The notes: generated from the letters alone by a model not told the origin. Shown: positions 33,373-44,873, counted from the stretch's first letter. The stretch: 64,000 bases of DNA from Dehalococcoidia bacterium (GCA_965261835.1 OZ253478.1:600832-664831); one strand, 5' to 3'. Made by a program: numbers and translations.

Positions 33373-34937
33373 ATGATTAGACGACTCCTGGTGCATGGGA
33401 TTGCAGTCGCAGTGGTGTTAGCCGCTACCTTTGCGCCGGCACCCGCAAGCGCCGACCCCCAAGACTGGAGCGTACCGGGCGGGCGCTTCTTCACCCAAAC
33501 CGGGGGATATGCGGTGGTCGACCGTGACGGCGTCCCCTTCTGGAGCGAATTCCAGCGCTTGGGCGGCGTACAGGGCGTAGGATACCCCGTATCCCAACGC
33601 TTCGAATGGGATGGCTTTGTGGTCCAGGCCATGCAGCGGGTCATCTTTCAATGGCAGCCAGCCACCGGACAGGTCAACTATGTGAACGTGTTTGACCTGC
33701 TCACGGAAGCAAATAAAGATGACTGGTTGCTGGCGGTCAGGCAAACCCCCAAGCCGCTTCCCCCTGAGTTTGATGCCGGCAAACCATGGGGTGAAATAGT
33801 ACAGGCCCGCTTGGCATTGCTAGACGAAAATCCTGCTATCAAGCGTCAGTATTACAGCGTCGTGGGTGATCCCATCGCTATGAACGGCCTGCCTACCTCG
33901 CGGGTCACGGACATGGGAAACAACTACACGATCCGAGCCCAGCGAGTGGTGATCCAACAGTGGAAAATCGACGTACCTTGGGCCAAAGCTGGGCAGGTCA
34001 CCGTCGCGCTGGGCGGCGATATCGCCAAAGAGGCCGGCCTGCTGCCCGCGGACGCCATCACCCCGACGACGATAGAAGCCGTTCCCCGACGCCGGAAGCC
34101 ATCACCCCAACGCCGGAAGCCGTCACCCCGACACCGGCAACGGCCACTCCGACGCCGGAAGCCGCCACCCCCACGGCGTCGGAGAACGCAATACTGAGCC
34201 AGATCAACACCTACCGTCTCGCGGCGGGAGTTGCGCCGGCTCAGCTTAACCAGGCGCTCTTGACCGCAGCCGAGGGCCACGTGGCGTACTACGACCTCAA
34301 TGAGGGCGACCCCGCGCTGGCCGGTATGGGCTTGCACCAACAGCAACCCGGGGCACCCGGATTTACCGGCGCATCATTCGATGACCGCGCGCGGGCCGCA
34401 GGATACTCCGGTACTGCAGTTACCGAGAACGCCGGCTTCGGCGGCCTGGAATTCGCCATCGAATGGGCAATGAGCACCGTGAACCACCGCTTACCACTGA
34501 TCCATCCCAGCGCCTTAGATATGGGGTTTGCGGAATCCAGTGAGAGCGGCTTCAACATCGTTGATGTCGGGATGACCCTGGAGGCGGTCACAATACCGTT
34601 GCCATCGGTCTATCCCGCGGACGGTGCGACCGCGGTGCCACTGTCGTGGGACGGCGGTGAAGCGCCGAACCCGGCTCCCGGCATTCCCCGACCGCTCGGC
34701 TATCCGCTCACCGTTGCCTTCGCCCTTCCGCAGACCGTGGAGTGGACATCGTTCCAGCTCGTGGGGCCCAACAACCAGCCGTTGGCCATCTCCAGCCCCA
34801 TCAAGTCTTGGATGAACGCCGCTGCGATCATCCCGCATCAGCCGCTCACGCCGGAGACTACCTACACCGCTACCGTAACCGCCACGGTGGACGGCGAGCC
34901 CGTAACCAAGACGTGGCGGTTTACCACTGCGCCTTGA
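33373..34937 (+). CDS. secreted CAP (SCP/PR-1, YkwD-like) domain protein with TP-rich linker; apparent frameshift
   Basis: ORF 33373-34197 encodes a signal peptide plus an N-terminal domain. ORF 33960-34937 encodes (TPTPEA)n followed by a CAP/YkwD domain (ILSQINTYRLAAG...NHRLPLIHP). The frames switch inside the repeat near 34083. Confidence 0.6.
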
Positions 34938-35021
34938 GTTCCACCCGCTTTACCCTGCCAAACGCGGCGCCGCCCCTCCTACTAGGAGGGGCGGCGGCAG
35001 CTTTGCTAGGCTACGGTTGGC

Positions 35022-36305
35022 TTAGCCAGCCTTCAGGTTAAGCCACTTGGCCACCAACTCGTCGGTCCTGACCAGATCCGGGAAGTTGGACTCGATGTTC
35101 GTCACCTTGTACTCACTCAGGGACTTCGGATAGGCCCCGGGATTCGCCGGCGGAACATCGGCCCGCGGGCTGTTCCCAGCAGTGTTCTTAGAGTAGGACT
35201 CCTGGCCCTCTTTGCTGAGCAGCCAGTTGACGAACAGTTGGGCCGCCTTCGGGTGAGGAGCCTTACTGAACATGAACAACGAGAGACGCCCCACGAAGTC
35301 TACGTCACGCAAATCCAGTAACTTGAGGTTATCTGCCACTCCCAGATCGACAAACTCTTTCACGCTGGTGAACCGCATGCCGAGGCCGATGGCGTATTTC
35401 CCGCGGACCACGTTTTCTACAATGGCCCGCGCCTCACGGTTGAAGATGGGTTCGGTCTCGGTGAGGATCCTGCGGGCTATTTCATCACCGTGGTTGAGAC
35501 GGATCGCGGTCATGGCGAGACGGATATCCCCTGAGCGCGGATCGGCGAAGATGATCCTGCCCCGCCACTTGGGGTTCAGCAAGTCGAGCGCACCCTTGAT
35601 CTCGCCCTCTTTGACGACGTTGGTGTCGACGCCTATAACGTGCGTGACAGTGAGGTCTGTGCTGTAACACAGTTCTTTGGTGTCATCAACCCAACCTTCT
35701 TCAAACCCACTGCTCCAGTTCTCGTCTCCAAGCACATCCGGCCGGATGAGCAGCTCCCGGTACGGCTGCCAGTAATTCTTAGACTTGTACTTGCGGAGCG
35801 CGGAGCCGGGCCCAATCATGGCCACGTCAAAGGAGTAGATACCCGCGGCACGCTCCTCAGCCACTTTTCTGCCCCAGATACTGGAGGAGTTGAAAGACTG
35901 GTTCCCAGTCTCGAGGCCGAACTTGTCGCCAAACTCCTGCAGCACTCGGCTATAGCCTGCTCCCACCAAAGAGAGTGCGGAGAGCTCCCCCTCCTTTTTC
36001 GCGTCCAGAACCAGCTGATCCCATTGTGCCTCCCAGGCCGGCTTAGCTGGCGCTGCGGGTTGTGCTGGCGCTGCGGGTTGTGCTGGCGCTGCGGGTTGTG
36101 CTGGCGCTGCGGGCTGAGCCGTCGCTGCGGGCTGTGCTGGCGCGGCGGGTTGTGCTGGCGCTGGAGCGGGCGCCGCAGCAGGCGCACAGGCGGCGAGTAC
36201 ACCCGCACCGGCCGTCAGTCCACCCACGCGGATGAAGCCTCGCCTGGTTATAGAACTGCTTTTCCTGAAATCGTGTAGCATAGCTTTCTCCTTGCTAGGG
36301 CGCAT
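35022..36305 (-). CDS. ABC-transporter-type substrate-binding lipoprotein with Tat signal, orphan
   Basis: Twin-arginine motif TRRGFIR, lipobox LAAC, (APAQPA)7 linker, and a family-1 solute-binding fold. Confidence 0.7.
   Translation of the reverse strand: MRPSKEKAMLHDFRKSSSITRRGFIRVGGLTAGAGVLAACAPAAAPAPAPAQPAAPAQPAATAQPAAPAQPAAPAQPAAPAQPAAPAKPAWEAQWDQLVLDAKKEGELSALSLVGAGYSRVLQEFGDKFGLETGNQSFNSSSIWGRKVAEERAAGIYSFDVAMIGPGSALRKYKSKNYWQPYRELLIRPDVLGDENWSSGFEEGWVDDTKELCYSTDLTVTHVIGVDTNVVKEGEIKGALDLLNPKWRGRIIFADPRSGDIRLAMTAIRLNHGDEIARRILTETEPIFNREARAIVENVVRGKYAIGLGMRFTSVKEFVDLGVADNLKLLDLRDVDFVGRLSLFMFSKAPHPKAAQLFVNWLLSKEGQESYSKNTAGNSPRADVPPANPGAYPKSLSEYKVTNIESNFPDLVRTDELVAKWLNLKAG
36045..36170. 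repeat. tandem 18-bp repeat (~7 copies) gctggcgctgcgggttgt
   Basis: Encodes the APAQPA linker repeats of the substrate-binding lipoprotein. Confidence 0.7.
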
Positions 36306-36479
36306 AGCCCACTAAGACGTTGGGACATCGTAGCACAGATAGCACTGCTGTCAACCATTTGATTGTTAAATGGCAAATTGGTTGTTCCTAACCGGCGCCG
36401 CCCCCGGATAATTTATGATGAGAATTGCCTTACTATATGCTGATGAACGTATAAAACGCTGCCATACGACACTCATGCA

Positions 36480-37796
36480 CTAGGCGGTGCTTAATGCGTA
36501 CTGGATGACCGGCAAGGTCAGTAACGCGTGTGGCACTACGGCAACGCTGAGCGCCTGCCCCAACCGGTCCTGGCAGATCGCTAACGCCTCGTCCATGGTC
36601 GCCGCCGGTATCATGTGCGCCTGCGCGATCTCTTCCGGGCTGTCCGCTCCCACCACGATAACGTCACAGTGCTCCAGCACCTTTGCCATCACAAAGGCCC
36701 GCTGCTCCCCCGGCTTATAGCCATCGCGGCGCGCCTCTTCCAAGATCTCTTGCATGTTCGCGGCCCGCTTCATCCTCTCGAAAAACCGCTGTTCCCCCAC
36801 CCCCTGGCCCGCCCCTTCCTCGCAGCGCGCCGGCACAATGATGATCCCGCCTTTGCGCACCACCGGCTCCGGAGCAAACACCAGGTAGCTCGCCGAACGC
36901 GAGGCCTGGTAGAGGTTGGTGTCCTTGGGGTAACCTACCCCCGCAACCACCACGTCATAGTCCCGGTCGATAGGAACCAAGTACAGCTCCCGTGCGATGT
37001 CCACCAGCGCGTTGAAGGCTTCCAACACGTGACCGGCCTTGACGGCCACCACGTTCCCGTCGTCATCTACCACCACGTTGCAGATGAACTTCAAGCCCAC
37101 TTTCAGCGCGATCTCGGTGATCGCTTCATGAAACGGGTTGCCGTCCAGATTGCCTAACCGGGTTTTAGGATGGTCGAGTGCCCACGGTAGATGGGTATAT
37201 TCGATGGTCGGTTCACCGGCCACGCCAATCGCCACCGTCTTCCGTCCACCGCTGAACCCGGCGTACTGATGCGGCTCCACAATGCCTGTGGCCACCAGCA
37301 GGTCGGCCTCCAGCGCAAGCTTGCTGGTCACGGCAGGAACATCCCAGGCCACTTTCCCCAGATCCACCAGCTTGTCCGGATTCTGGGGCTCATGGTCCAC
37401 AACTTGGTAGCGGCCCACCACGTCATCACCCAGCATGCTCACCCGTTCTTCCGGAGTGGAGGGACGGTGCATCCCTAGCGCAACCACAATCGTGATCTGC
37501 CCATCGGGAACTCCCGCTGCGGCCAGTTCATCGAGCAGCGGCGGCAACAGCGCATTGTCCGGGCACACGCGGGTCACGTCCGTCACCACAATGCACACCG
37601 TATCGGTAGGTTGTGCCATGTCCCGCAGCCGTGCCGACGCAACTGGCTCCGCCAACGCAGCCCGGATCGCGCGATCGAGTTCGGGCCCGCTCAAGGACGG
37701 CATCTGTTTCGACTGGATCAACGTCCCGTCCATAGCTTCGGGCAGCGTGAAAGTGAGCTTAGTACGGCTGTAAGGAACGGTAAACTGCTGTGGCAT
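36480..37796 (-). CDS. LarA-family (nickel-dependent lactate racemase-like, DUF2088) protein
   Basis: 438 aa; start trimmed to MPQQFTVPY, which has a GGAGGTG RBS; N-terminal LarA-type domain. Confidence 0.65.
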   Translation of the reverse strand: MPQQFTVPYSRTKLTFTLPEAMDGTLIQSKQMPSLSGPELDRAIRAALAEPVASARLRDMAQPTDTVCIVVTDVTRVCPDNALLPPLLDELAAAGVPDGQITIVVALGMHRPSTPEERVSMLGDDVVGRYQVVDHEPQNPDKLVDLGKVAWDVPAVTSKLALEADLLVATGIVEPHQYAGFSGGRKTVAIGVAGEPTIEYTHLPWALDHPKTRLGNLDGNPFHEAITEIALKVGLKFICNVVVDDDGNVVAVKAGHVLEAFNALVDIARELYLVPIDRDYDVVVAGVGYPKDTNLYQASRSASYLVFAPEPVVRKGGIIIVPARCEEGAGQGVGEQRFFERMKRAANMQEILEEARRDGYKPGEQRAFVMAKVLEHCDVIVVGADSPEEIAQAHMIPAATMDEALAICQDRLGQALSVAVVPHALLTLPVIQYALSTA

Positions 37797-37867
37797 GACC
37801 ACCTCCAGGCAATGCAATGGCGGCGCTGTAATGCGCCGCCATTATAGCGCTACGCCATTGCGTGCGG

Positions 37868-38785
37868 CTAGCGCCGATAGGCGGCCTCCAACATGCTGTT
37901 GTGCCTAACGTACCGCCCCACCGTGTTAAGGAAGGTCTCCACCAGGGGATGGCTCATGTTCGACTTGCGCACCATGACACTCGTGGGCAGGGTCACCCGG
38001 TGCTCCTCAGCCAGCGGCACCTGAGCCAGCGTTCCCAGTTGCAGTTCAGTTTGCACGGCGCTCGCGGGCAGGAATGACACGCCTAAACCGCGCTCGATCA
38101 TCTTCTTGGTCGCCTCCACGCTGTCCAGGTTCATGATCACGCGCGGCACAATCCCCGCATCACGGCACACCCGAGTGATCATGATGTAATACGTGGACTC
38201 CTTGTCATAGAGGATCAGCGGTTCCTGAGCAATCTCAGAAATGGTGGCGCGATCCCGGGACGCAAGCGGATGCTCAGGGTGCGTAACGAAGACAACTTCC
38301 TCGTTATAAAGAAAAACCGATTCTATCTCCGGATGCACCAGAGTCCGGGAGAGGCCAAGGTGCACGTCCTCGTCCAAGATCACCTGGAGCACCTCATGGG
38401 AGCGTCCCGTCGTGATAGTGACGTCTATCCCCGGGTAGTCGGATCGCAGGTCACTGAGGATGTTGGGCAACACGTAGGCGCCGATGACACGGGCCGTGCC
38501 AATGCGCAACCGCCCCCGGTCCGGCCGTTGTGAGGCAACGATAGCCTCCCGCCCTTCCCGCAGCACCGAAAGGCTGCGTTCCGCGTAAGGGTAGAATGCC
38601 CGGCCCGCCTCGGTGAGCCGCACCCCGCGGCCCAGCCGTTCGAAGAGCTGCTGGCCCACGTCCAGTTCCAGTAACCGAATCCGCGTACTCAGCGTCGGCT
38701 GCGTAAGACCGAGCGTCTCAGCAGCCCGGCTGAAGCTGCCATGTTCAGCAACCTGTAAAAATGTCTCGATTTGACTGACTTCCAT
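37868..38785 (-). CDS. LysR-family transcriptional regulator
   Basis: HTH MEVSQIETFLQVAEHGSFSRAAETLGLTQPTLSTRIRLLE plus a substrate-binding domain. Confidence 0.9.
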   Translation of the reverse strand: MEVSQIETFLQVAEHGSFSRAAETLGLTQPTLSTRIRLLELDVGQQLFERLGRGVRLTEAGRAFYPYAERSLSVLREGREAIVASQRPDRGRLRIGTARVIGAYVLPNILSDLRSDYPGIDVTITTGRSHEVLQVILDEDVHLGLSRTLVHPEIESVFLYNEEVVFVTHPEHPLASRDRATISEIAQEPLILYDKESTYYIMITRVCRDAGIVPRVIMNLDSVEATKKMIERGLGVSFLPASAVQTELQLGTLAQVPLAEEHRVTLPTSVMVRKSNMSHPLVETFLNTVGRYVRHNSMLEAAYRR

Positions 38786-39099
38786 ACCCAGCTATCCCTC
38801 GACAATTAGTAGCCCCAAGTAATGCCGCGACGCCGCAGCGCCTCCTGTGAGGTATAAACAAAACCGTGGACTTCACTTAATAATACAACACGCACCCATC
38901 CTCTGCACTCCCCCAAGGATCAGCAACCCGTGAGCATGCAACCTAATCCTACCTTTACGTCCCTCAACCAATGGGAGATACTATTCCAGCGCTCTACCAC
39001 TTGCGCTCCTGCCGCTCCTGTATCGAGACGCTCAAGGACTCGACGCTCAAAGCGTTGGAGACTTGGGCTACTTGGCGACTTGGAAGGAAACACTACGCA

Positions 39100-39984
39100 A
39101 TGGAGTTGTTCCGCAGCCTGCTTTTTGTCCCTGCGTCACGGCCCCGGTTTATTGAGAAGGCGCCCACGGTTGGCGCAGACGCCATCTGTATCGACCTCGA
39201 GGACGCGGTTGCGCCCAATGAGAAGGCCAACGCGCGGGAAGTCGCACGGACCATTGCTCCCACCATGCCTCGCAACGGCAACCAGCTCTACATCCGGGTC
39301 AACGGCCTGGACACCGGACTCTTGGAAGCCGATATCGACGCGGTCATCTCCGCTCATATCGACGGTATCAGTCTGCCCAAAGCCCATACCCCGGCTATCG
39401 TTCAGCAGGTAGACCACTACCTCAGTCTCCTGGAAGCGACCCGCGGGCTTCCTCAGGGGCACACCAAGATGGTGCTGTGGATCGAGTCAGCCCAGGCAGT
39501 CCTGGGCGCGCTGGACGTTCTGCGCTCGTCGCCGCGGATTGTAGGAGCCGCCTTTGGTGGCGAAGACTACACCGCGGACATGGGCATCCATCGCACGGCC
39601 GACGCCAAGGAGACTTTCTGGGCGCGCACCATGGTGGCCGTGGCATGTCGGGCGGCAGGCGTCCTGCCCATTGACCAGGTGGAGCCCAACTTCACCGACA
39701 TGGCGCAGTTTAGAGCGCAGGCCACGCTCGGCAAAAGCATCGGCTATCGCGCCAAGTTCTGCATCCATCCCACCCAGGTTCCGGCAACCAACGACGTGTT
39801 CGGCCCTGCTCCGGAAGAGATCGTCTGGGCCCAGAGGGTAGTGGCGGTATACGACGAGAGCGTCACCGCCGGCCTGGGCGCGGTCTCCCTGGATGGAGAG
39901 ATGATAGACCGCCCCATTTACCTGCGAGCCCAGAAGATGCTGGACTGGGCCGCTCAACTTAAAACCGCCTCCGGAGGCCACTAA
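39100..39984 (+). CDS. CitE-like CoA-ester lyase (HpcH/HpaI aldolase family; citryl/citramalyl/malyl-CoA lyase-like)
   Basis: MELFRSLLFVPASRPRFIEKA...DLEDAV...; start trimmed to the ATG at 39100. Confidence 0.8.
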   Translation: MELFRSLLFVPASRPRFIEKAPTVGADAICIDLEDAVAPNEKANAREVARTIAPTMPRNGNQLYIRVNGLDTGLLEADIDAVISAHIDGISLPKAHTPAIVQQVDHYLSLLEATRGLPQGHTKMVLWIESAQAVLGALDVLRSSPRIVGAAFGGEDYTADMGIHRTADAKETFWARTMVAVACRAAGVLPIDQVEPNFTDMAQFRAQATLGKSIGYRAKFCIHPTQVPATNDVFGPAPEEIVWAQRVVAVYDESVTAGLGAVSLDGEMIDRPIYLRAQKMLDWAAQLKTASGGH

Positions 39985-39985
39985 C

Positions 39986-41146
39986 ATGCTGGATATGCTC
40001 TCAGCCGAAGACCGGCAGATCGTCCAGAATATCCGCCGCTTCGTAGACCGCGAGATCATGCCCGTGGCCACCAAGATGGAGCACGAGAACGACTACCCGG
40101 TGGCTATCGTGGAGCAGATGAAGGGGCTCGGCCTGTTCGGCATCCTCATCCCCACGGAGTACGGCGGACTGGGGTTAAGCTACGCCACCTACGCCGCCGT
40201 TGTGGAAGAGCTCTCCCGCGGCTGGATGAGCTTGGCTGGTATTATCAACAGCCACTTCGTCACCGCGCATGCCATCAACGAGTCCGGAACACCAGAACAG
40301 AAGCAACGGTGGCTGCCGCGCCTCGCCACCGGCGAGCTCCGCGCCTGCGTCTGCATAACCGAGGCCAACGCCGGCAGCGACGTGCAGGCCATCCAGACCG
40401 CCGCCGTGCGGGACGGCGATCACTACCGGGTCAACGGCGGCAAGATGTTCGTGACCAACGGGCGCAACGGCAACCTCTACCTGGTGGTGACCAAGACCGA
40501 CAAGAACGCCCAGCCTGCCCACCGCGGCATCAGCAACCTCATCCTGGAAAGCGACACCCCCGGCTTCTCTGTCGGCCGTGACATCGAGAAGCTGGGCTAC
40601 AAGGGCGTGGACACCGTCAGCCTCAACTTTGACGACGCTCAAGTCCCCGTCACCCACCTGCTCGGCGGGCAGGAAGGCCGCGGCATGCCGCAGGTACTCT
40701 CCGGCATGGAGGTCGGCCGGATTAACACCGCCGCCCGAGCAGTAGGCGTTGCCCGTGCCGCCTTTGAAGACGCCATCCGCTATGCCCAGGACCGCCACGC
40801 CTTTGGGGTACCCATCGCCCAACATCAGGCCATACAGCTCAAGCTTGCCGACATGGCCACCAGTATTGAGGCGGCCCGGCTACTCACCGACCAAGCGGCC
40901 CGGAAGAAGGACCGCGGCGAGCGTGCCGACAAGGAAGCCGGTATGGCAAAACTGTTCGCCACCGAAACCGCACACACTGTGGCAATGGACGCCATGCGGG
41001 TGCATGGCGGCTACGGCTACACCAAAGACCTGCGGGTGGAACGCTACTATCGGGATGCCCCGTTCATGATCGTGGCGGAGGGCACCAACGAGATCCAACG
41101 GCTTATCATCGCCCGGGCTTTGCTCAAGGAGTACGCCATCGGATAG
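39986..41146 (+). CDS. acyl-CoA dehydrogenase
   Basis: 386 aa ACAD fold; the catalytic-base region YAQDRHAFGVPIAQHQAIQ. Confidence 0.9.
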   Translation: MLDMLSAEDRQIVQNIRRFVDREIMPVATKMEHENDYPVAIVEQMKGLGLFGILIPTEYGGLGLSYATYAAVVEELSRGWMSLAGIINSHFVTAHAINESGTPEQKQRWLPRLATGELRACVCITEANAGSDVQAIQTAAVRDGDHYRVNGGKMFVTNGRNGNLYLVVTKTDKNAQPAHRGISNLILESDTPGFSVGRDIEKLGYKGVDTVSLNFDDAQVPVTHLLGGQEGRGMPQVLSGMEVGRINTAARAVGVARAAFEDAIRYAQDRHAFGVPIAQHQAIQLKLADMATSIEAARLLTDQAARKKDRGERADKEAGMAKLFATETAHTVAMDAMRVHGGYGYTKDLRVERYYRDAPFMIVAEGTNEIQRLIIARALLKEYAIG

Positions 41147-41276
41147 CTACGGCCGCGTTATGGCCGAACGCTTTTCTGTACAGTACATATGGAATACAAG
41201 CTAGAATAGAAGCAGACTTATCGCCTGGAATTTCCCATATCGGCATCCTCTACCACAAAGGAGATCGTTAATCATT

Positions 41277-42464
41277 ATGGAAGAGTCCGTTATCGTAAGC
41301 GGCGTACGCACCCCCTTCGGCACCTTCGGCGGAAGTCTTGTCGACGTCCCCGCCACCAAGCTAGGGGCACAGGTTATCGAAGAATCACTGAAGCGCGCGG
41401 GCATCAACGGCGAGGAAGTGGATGAGGTGCTGATGGGCAACGTGCTCCAGGCTGGGGTCGGCTTGAGTGGCGCTCGGCAAGCCTCACTGGGCGCAGGTAT
41501 CCCCGAGGCCGTGCCTTCCATGACCGTTAACAAGGCCTGCGGCTCCAGCCTCAAGACCATCTCCCTCGCAGACCAGGCCATTCGGGCCGGCGATGCCGAG
41601 ATTGTGGTGGCTGGCGGCATGGAGAGCATGAGCAACGCCCCATACCTGCTGCCTCGAGCCCGCTTTGGCTATCGGATGGGCAACGGTGAAGTGCAGGATC
41701 ACATGTTCCGGGACGGCCTCATCTGCTCCCTGGCGAACTGCCATATGGGGATTACCGCGGAAAATGTGGCGGCTGATTTCAATATCGCACGTGAGGAAAT
41801 GGACGCCTTTTCAGCCGCCAGTCAGCGGAAAGCGCTGAAGGCGTGGGAAGAGGGCAAGTTCGCCGAAGAAGTGGTGCCGGTGCCGGTTCCCCAGCGCCGC
41901 GGCGATCCGGTACTGTTCGACAAAGACGAGCACATCCGCGCGGAGAGCACCGCAGATCGCCTTGGCAAACTTCCGCCCGCCTTTATGGGCGAAGGTGGCG
42001 CCGTTACCGCCGGCAACAGCTCCGGCATCAATGACGGCGCATCGGCCGTGGTGGTTATGTCCCGTCGCCGAGCAGAGCGCATGGGCCTCAAACCCATGGG
42101 CATCATCCGCGGCTTTGCCGCCGCCGGCGTCCCGCCCCGGGTGATGGGCATCGGCCCCATTCCAGCCACCCGCAAGGCGCTGCAGCGTGCCGGCCTCGAA
42201 CTCAAGGATATCGACCTCATTGAACTCAATGAAGCCTTTGCCGCTCAGGCCTTGGCCGTGGGTAAAGAGCTGCAATGGGACTGGGATCGGGTCAACGTCA
42301 ACGGCGGGGCCATTGCCATTGGCCATCCGGTGGGCGCAAGCGGCGCTCGAATTGCCATGACCTTGCTCTACGAAATGGAGCGACGTGACGCTCGCTACGG
42401 CCTCGCCACTATGTGCATCGGCGGTGGCATGGGCGTGGCAATGGTCATGGAGCGCCCTAAGTAA
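41277..42464 (+). CDS. acetyl-CoA C-acyltransferase (thiolase II)
   Basis: [11 protein letters not shown]...NKACGSSLK...; C-terminal CIGGGMGVA. Confidence 0.9.
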   Translation: MEESVIVSGVRTPFGTFGGSLVDVPATKLGAQVIEESLKRAGINGEEVDEVLMGNVLQAGVGLSGARQASLGAGIPEAVPSMTVNKACGSSLKTISLADQAIRAGDAEIVVAGGMESMSNAPYLLPRARFGYRMGNGEVQDHMFRDGLICSLANCHMGITAENVAADFNIAREEMDAFSAASQRKALKAWEEGKFAEEVVPVPVPQRRGDPVLFDKDEHIRAESTADRLGKLPPAFMGEGGAVTAGNSSGINDGASAVVVMSRRRAERMGLKPMGIIRGFAAAGVPPRVMGIGPIPATRKALQRAGLELKDIDLIELNEAFAAQALAVGKELQWDWDRVNVNGGAIAIGHPVGASGARIAMTLLYEMERRDARYGLATMCIGGGMGVAMVMERPK

Positions 42465-42564
42465 GTCGGCCGCAGCGTGTACCGCTGGTCCTAGGCAGTC
42501 GCTAGAACCAAGACAGCTACAGGGGTGTGTCGCTTTAACACGCCCACCCTATTCTCGGAGTGCC

Positions 42565-44379
42565 ATGTCGTATCAGCCAATTGAGAGCTACGGGATTATC
42601 GGTGACCTCCATACCGCCGCGCTGGTGGGTAACAACGGCTCCATCGACTGGTGTTGCCTCCCGGCATTCGACTCGCCCAGCATCTTTGCCGCCATCCTAG
42701 ACGACAAGAAGGGCGGCTACTTCAAGATCGCCGCAACTACGCCGGGCGTGGAGAAACAACTGTACATCCCGGAAAGCAACGTCCTCATCACCCGATTCTC
42801 AAATCCCGATGGCGTGGCCCAGGTCCTGGACTTCATGCCGGTCACTGCTGACCGCGAGGAGTTGCCGCGGCATGTCCCCACCATTGTCCGTGAGGTCAAG
42901 GGCGTCCTTGGCTCGATTCAGATGCGCATGGAGTGTTTCCCCGCTTTTAACTACGCCCGAGACACCCACGTTGTAAACGCTGCGCCGGGGGGCGTGGTGT
43001 TCCAATCGCAGCAGGGCCGACGCATAGGGCTTACCCTCCCAGACGCCGAGTACAACGTTATCCGGGAGGGAGTGGTCAAGGAGTTCACCCTGAATGAGGG
43101 CGAGTCCGTCTGTTTCTTGCTGAGAGAGTTGCAGCCAAGCGAGGCCTCGGTACCCGTACCCACGGAGCACGAGTTTGATGAGCTGTTTCACCACACCGTA
43201 AGCTATTGGCAGCGCTGGCTCAGCCGCTCTAGGTACCGCGGCCGCTGGCGTGAGATGGTAGAGCGCTCGTTGCTCACCCTAAAGCTCCTCACCTACGTCC
43301 CTACCGGCGCCATGGTAGCGGCCCCCACCTGCGGCCTCCCGGAAACGATCGCCGGTGTGCGCAACTGGGACTACCGCTACACCTGGATCCGGGACGCTGC
43401 GTTCACATTGTACGGTCTGATGCGCGTGGGCATGACCGATGAAGCCGCCCAGTTCATGCAGTGGCTGGAGGCCCGTACCCGAGAAATGACACCCGAAGGT
43501 GCGCTCCAGGTCGTCTACGGCCTGGACGGACGCCACGAGCTAACAGAAACCGAACTCACCCATTTGGATGGCTACAAAGAGTCCCGCCCGGTGCGCATTG
43601 GTAACGGGGCCGCTAGCCAACTGCAACTCGATATTTACGGCGCGTTGATGGACTCAGTCTACCTGTATAACAAGTACGGTACGCCTATCTCCTATGACTT
43701 TTGGAACGACTTACGCCGCTTGCTCAACTGGGTATGCGATAACTGGCAGGAGCCCGATGAAGGCGTGTGGGAAGTGCGCAGTCAACGCAAGCATTTTGTG
43801 TACTCCAAGCTCATGTGCTGGGTCGCGCTGGACCGTGGCATTCGCTTGGCGGACCGCCGCTCCTTCCCCGCTGACCGGCAGCGCTGGACCGATACCCGTG
43901 ACGCCATCTACATGGATATCATGATGAAGGGCTGGAACCCCGATCGACAGGCTTTCGTCCAGTACTACGGCTCCGAAAGCTTGGATGCCTCCAACCTCCT
44001 GATGCCGCTTGTGTTCTTCATGTCGCCTACCGACCCCCGTATGAGCTCCACCGTGGATGCCATCATCAAAGAGCTGACCAAGGATAGCCTGGTGCATCGC
44101 TACAACCTGAGTGAGGAGACCGACGACGGATTACCGGGCGTCGAAGGCACCTTCTCCATGTGCACCTTCTGGTTGGTGGAAGCGCTTACCCGCAGTGGCC
44201 GGTTACAAGAGGCCCGCTTCTTGTTCGAGCGCATGCTGGGCTACGCCAATCACCTCGGCCTCTACGGAGAGGAGATTGGCGCCACTGGCGAAACCCTGGG
44301 CAATTTTCCCCAGGCCTTCACGCATCTCGCGCTTATTAGTACCGCCTATAACCTCGACAAAGCGCTCGACGGTCACTAA
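42565..44379 (+). CDS. glycoside hydrolase family 15 (glucoamylase/trehalase-like)
   Basis: [45 protein letters not shown]...; start trimmed to the ATG at 42565 with a GGAG RBS. Confidence 0.8.
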   Translation: MSYQPIESYGIIGDLHTAALVGNNGSIDWCCLPAFDSPSIFAAILDDKKGGYFKIAATTPGVEKQLYIPESNVLITRFSNPDGVAQVLDFMPVTADREELPRHVPTIVREVKGVLGSIQMRMECFPAFNYARDTHVVNAAPGGVVFQSQQGRRIGLTLPDAEYNVIREGVVKEFTLNEGESVCFLLRELQPSEASVPVPTEHEFDELFHHTVSYWQRWLSRSRYRGRWREMVERSLLTLKLLTYVPTGAMVAAPTCGLPETIAGVRNWDYRYTWIRDAAFTLYGLMRVGMTDEAAQFMQWLEARTREMTPEGALQVVYGLDGRHELTETELTHLDGYKESRPVRIGNGAASQLQLDIYGALMDSVYLYNKYGTPISYDFWNDLRRLLNWVCDNWQEPDEGVWEVRSQRKHFVYSKLMCWVALDRGIRLADRRSFPADRQRWTDTRDAIYMDIMMKGWNPDRQAFVQYYGSESLDASNLLMPLVFFMSPTDPRMSSTVDAIIKELTKDSLVHRYNLSEETDDGLPGVEGTFSMCTFWLVEALTRSGRLQEARFLFERMLGYANHLGLYGEEIGATGETLGNFPQAFTHLALISTAYNLDKALDGH

Positions 44380-44537
44380 ACCGGTGCATCGCTAACAAGC
44401 ACATCCCCCGCCGCAACAAAGGGATGTTGTTTAGCTTTACGCCTGTGGTATACTAGCTCTGCTGTGCATAAGGCAATACCTACCCACAGACTATCACTAG
44501 GAACATTTCCAACACAGAGAGGAGTGCAGGGAGCACT

Positions 44538-44873
44538 ATGGCGTATATCATTGGCGACACCTGCCCAGGTGTGAAAGACATTTCCTGCGTGGCCGTCTGC
44601 CCGGTTGACTGCATCATCGGCGGAGACGACGACGTGATGATGTACATCAACCCGGACGAATGCATTGACTGTGGCGCCTGCTTGCCGGAGTGCCCGGTCA
44701 ACGCCATCTACGTTGAGGACGATACTCCGGATGACCAAAAAGAGTGGATTCCGTTGAACGCGGATTACTTTAAAATGGATCGGGCCCCCTTCATGGCCCA
44801 ATACGGCGCACTGCTTGACGCCGCCAAAGAGAAGAACCGCGATTCTGAATACGCCAATCCGGACCTCTACTAG
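44538..44873 (+). CDS. fdxA: ferredoxin (7Fe FdxA-type)
   Basis: CPVDCI and CIDCGACLPECP cysteine motifs; 111 aa. Confidence 0.85.
   Translation: MAYIIGDTCPGVKDISCVAVCPVDCIIGGDDDVMMYINPDECIDCGACLPECPVNAIYVEDDTPDDQKEWIPLNADYFKMDRAPFMAQYGALLDAAKEKNRDSEYANPDLY

Noticed and set aside
38786-39099. LysR T-N11-A operator in the divergent LysR/citE-like intergenic region.
   Set aside because: Several weak ATAC/GTAT dyads with non-canonical spacing; none is convincing.
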